Shown: positions 60,381-64,000 of the stretch, in pieces
How the letters are laid out: each line of letters starts with the position of its first letter
Numbering within the stretch: position 1 is the stretch's first letter
Source: Lama guanicoe
Taxonomy: Eukaryota
Length of the DNA stretch: 64,000 nucleotides
Direction of reading: 5' to 3'
Assembly (NCBI GenBank): GCA_013239625.1
Contig: MU053934.1
Span: 7,585,352 to 7,649,351 of the forward strand
Notes under the pieces: generated by a model
What the model was told of the DNA's origin: nothing
Database searches by the model: none
What the model saw: only the letters and a program-made list of their open reading frames with translations
Position numbers and translations under genes: made by a program

Positions 60381-61888
60381 CTTATAAATTAAATTTCTGA
60401 AGTGAGAGAAGGGCCAGTGGAAAGGATGCAGCCTTTGGAGCAGGCAGGACTGCCTCCCCAGCCCTGCCCGGCCACATGCCTGCTGGGCAGCCTTGAGAAA
60501 GTCACTACTGTCTCGGGCCTCAGTGTACCCATCTACAATGTGGGGCTAACACTTTTTGTAGGGCTGTTGTGAGGGCTGAGTAAGACACTGCAGTTGGGAT
60601 CCTGTTTAAGCACATAGGTCTGGAGAGACCCCTTGGGTTTGGATTGTGGCTTTATTCTGCCAAGCCACCTGACTTTTGGCATATTATGTCCTCACCCCAA
60701 GTCTCAGTTTTCTCATCTGTAAAAGGGGCTGATATTCAGAAGGTTCAATGAGGCAGGGGCTGATCTGGGCTCAGGATAGGTCCTGGCATGAGATGAACAC
60801 ATGATCATAAATGCAGCTACTGTTTTGGTTGTGGCTATTTTATGAATGCATCTAAAGTACCTGGCAAAAAAGTAGATGTTCAGTTGATGGTAGCTTTAAT
60901 TACTATTATTAATATCATGAAAGGATGCTTTCCTTTTTAAAAAATCAGATAGTTAAAAGTTAGGATTTAGTGCTTTGAAATTTGTTTTAAAGGAAATCAG
61001 GGTTTTTTTTAAGTGTATATAGGTTTATTTCTTTGATTTTTCTTAAGAAGAAGAATTTCACACCTTTCCGAGTGTGCACGATGCAAATGAAGATCTGAGA
61101 GCTCGCGGAGGGCCGTTTGGAGCTAATTCTGGGCTGGTTTGACAGCCACGACACTGAAGGGGTAGTAGAGCTGACAAAGTGGGGCTGCCTCTGGTAGCAT
61201 CCCAACCTCTCAAAATAGTCACTTTCCATACTAACGTTTGTCAGACTGTTTTTTGTTCATTGAAGTTTTTTGTTCATTGATCCAACTGTGTCCCCTTCCC
61301 CCTTAACACCCTTCACTGGTTCCCTGCTGGAGTCCTGGGTGAAGTCAGGCCCCTCCTGGTGTGACCCCATCTGTCCCTCCCAGGCCTGCCTCCACTCGCA
61401 CCCTCGTCTTCCCAGGGATTCTGGGCGGTTGCCGAATTGGCAGGTGAATTTTCCCACCTCTATGCCTGCTTGTGTGGGGTTACTCTTCCCAGGATACACT
61501 TCCCAGCCTTGTCTGCCTAGGGAGCTGCTATTCACCCATGACACCTGTTTCTAAGATCTCCCCTCTTACCCACCCTTTTGGAGCCCCTCCCTTACTCCTG
61601 GTCCGGGAAAGGAAAACTCACTGCTGTTTATGGTTCCTTATGACTTGGTATCACCCCCACTGCAGATCCCAAATTGCTCGTGTGTGTCTTTCCCACTTTA
61701 GGACGACAGGAGAATGGGCTGGTTCGGGACCTCTCTGTTCCCAGCTCCCAGCACAGGGTCCGACACTTACGAGGGCCAAGGGAAGTGACTGTGGATAAAG
61801 GAATGCATAAACACAAGTGGCAAGGTGATTTTGCTTTCATGTATCTTAATACCCAAAATGTTTATTTAGCTTTAAAACAGGTGGTTTT

Positions 61889-62022
61889 GTTTGCTTGTTT
61901 GTTTGTTTGGGGGGGGGTGAATAGATTTATTATTTATTTTTAAAGGAGATACTAGGGATTGAACCCAAGACCTTGTGCATGCCAAGCACGCACTCTACCA
62001 CTTGAGCTCTACCCTCCCCTCC
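61889..62022 (-). mobile_element. tRNA-derived SINE (camelid vic-1-like)
   Basis: Minus strand reads ggggagggtagagctcaagtggtagagtgcgtgcttggcatgcacaaggtcttgggttcaatccctagtatctcc plus an A-rich tail, with Pol III A and B boxes. Target-site duplication aaaacaggtggtttt (61874-61888) / aaaatagttggtttt (62024-62038). Confidence 0.8.
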
Positions 62023-62584
62023 AAAAATAGTTGGTTTTATTAAGAAGTATTTAAAAACTAGGAACCTTTAGTCTTAGTCATTTCCAAATACTTATTTCAG
62101 TTGCTACTGCAAAAAATCTTGTTTGGGGCCAATTTTTCCCCCTTTAAATGGGTTGTCTGTAGGTGTCAGAAGGTACCAGCGGGACTTTTTGGGAGAAGGT
62201 TTGTCCAGTAACTCGAGGGCCCGATATATCCCCCTAGGGCTGTCAAACCCCAGGTGAAACCCATGCTAGGAATTTTCTGGTAGGGTGGAAGCAGGTACAG
62301 GCTCCTGGCCTGGAGCCTCTCAGTTAGGTCTTCCTGATGAAGAGGGGAGGGTGAGGGGGCCGAGACTCTAGACAGCCACTCAGTCCCTCTCCACCTCAAA
62401 CCTTGATGACGTCTGAAGTTCTAGAATTATTTGCTTCTAAGATTAGAATAATTGGCCTCCAGGGTGCTCAGATTCTGTAAAAGTGGCATTTTTAGGACTG
62501 TTAAGAGTTCCTAGAACCTACCGTTCTACCTACTCACAATTCTAGTGTCTGGGATTCAGGGCCCTTGGTTCTCTTTCTAAGATT

Positions 62585-64000
62585 CTTTTAAAATTTAAAT
62601 TATGGTTAAACATACATAACATTTACCATTTTAACCTTTTTAAAGTGCACAGTTCAGTGGCATTACGTACGTTCACACTGTTGTGCAACCATCACCACCA
62701 TCCATCTCCTGAACTCTTCATCTTCCCATACTGAAACACTGTCTCCATTAAACACTGCCTCCCCCTCCCCCTCCCCCAGCCCCCATCACTCTGTCTCTCT
62801 GAATTTGACTGCAGGGACCTCATATAAATAGAATCATGCAGTATTTGTTCTTCTGTGGCAGGCTTATTTCACTGAGCATAATGTCCTCAAGGTTCCTCCA
62901 TGGTGTAGCATGAGTCAAATTTACTTCCTTTTCAGGGCTGAATTATATTCTTTGTGTGGACATGCCACCTTGTATTTATCCGTTTGTCTCTTGATGGACA
63001 CTTGAGTTACTCCCGCCTTTTAGCTATTGTGAATGATGCTAATGTGAATATGAGTGTACAAATGCCTGTTTGAGTCCCTGCTTCCAATTCTTCAGGCTAT
63101 ATATGCAGAAACAGAATTGCTGGATTACATGCTAGTTCTAAGTTTTTTGAGAAACCTCTGTACTGTTTTTCCACAGTGGCTGTTCCATTTGACATTCCCA
63201 TCAAATGGTGCACAAAGCTGTCCTTTCTCCACATCTTCACCAGCACGTGCTGTTTTCTGCTTTTCTGATAGTAGCCATCCTGATGGATGTGTGGTTGTCA
63301 TCTCATAGTTTGATTTGCAGCTTCCTAAGGATCAGTGATGTAGAACATCTTTTCATGTGCCTATTGGCCATTTTGGAGAAATCTCAATTCATGTCCTTGT
63401 CTGTTTTTGAGTTAGGTTGTTTGGGTTTTTTTTGTTGTTGTTGAGTTTAGGCGTTCCCTGTATATTCTAGATGCTGACCTCTCACCAGAAATATGATTTG
63501 CAAGTATTTCCTCCATTCTGTGGGTAGCCTTTCCACTCTGCTGAAGTTGTCTTTGATGTACAGAAGTTTTAAATTTTGATAGATTTTCTCCTTTTGTTGC
63601 CTACACTTTTGGTGTCATAGCCAATAAGTCATTGCTAAACCCAGTGTCATGAAGCTTCCCCCGTGTTTGGAGAGTTTTCTAGTTTCAGCTCTTATGTTTC
63701 GATCTTTGTTCTTGTTTGAGTTGACTTTGTTTATGCTGTCAAGTAAGGGGCTGGCTTCATTTTTGCATGTGGATGTCCAGTTTTCCCAGCACCATTTGTT
63801 GAAAAGACCGTCCTTCCCCAGTTCAATCATCTTGGCACCTTTGTAAGAAATCACTTGACCATATGTGTGAGGGCTTATTTCTGGGCTCTCTGTTCGGTTG
63901 CAGCGGTCTATATGCTCGTCTGTATGCCGCTGCCATACTGTTTTAATTACTGCAGCTTTGTAGTCAGTTTTGAAATCAGCGAGTGTGTCTTCCAACTTTT
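62585..64000 (-). mobile_element. L1 (L1MB-like) 3' UTR and ORF2 C-terminal remnant, continuing past the window end
   Basis: Minus-strand frame 63615-63995 translates ...DFKTDYKAAVIKTVW...GKDGLFNKWCWENW, a hallmark of the L1 ORF2 C-terminus. L1MB-type 3' end at ~62600-62800. Confidence 0.92.

Noticed and set aside
61945..62022. tRNA-like sequence with A and B boxes
   Set aside because: The A-rich tail and target-site duplications show it is a SINE, not a tRNA gene.
63615..63995. 126-aa ORF with reverse-transcriptase-family similarity
   Set aside because: Decayed L1 ORF2 fragment, not a host gene.

Overview
Mammalian genomic DNA, probably camelid: there is a tRNA-derived SINE at ~61.9 kb resembling the camelid vic-1 type, and I recognised no Alu, B1, Bov-tA, PRE-1 or Can-SINE copies. 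The window holds the 5' half of MPPED1 (metallophosphoesterase domain-containing 1) on the + strand. Its CpG-island promoter (~27.5-28.45 kb) is interrupted by a 127-nt N gap. The first coding exon has CDS 40177-40400, and the next coding exon (47458-47639) carries the DxH and GDxx metal-binding motifs. Later exons lie beyond the window. The rest is intergenic or intronic sequence with old L1, L2, MIR, LTR and hAT elements, microsatellites and several AT-rich, repeat-free blocks that look like enhancers. Nearly all entries in the ORF track are spurious GC-rich frames. I found no evidence of a new multi-gene system. The best leads are regulatory: a near-perfect REST/RE1 site inside an L2 remnant plus a second RE1-like site upstream; an overlapping uORF that could shift initiation to Met25 or Met33; an in-frame poly-Gly leader behind tandem splice acceptors; and a PBX-HOX/MEIS/RFX motif cluster in intron 2. 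Repeat family names and reference protein comparisons are from memory, and repeat boundaries are approximate.
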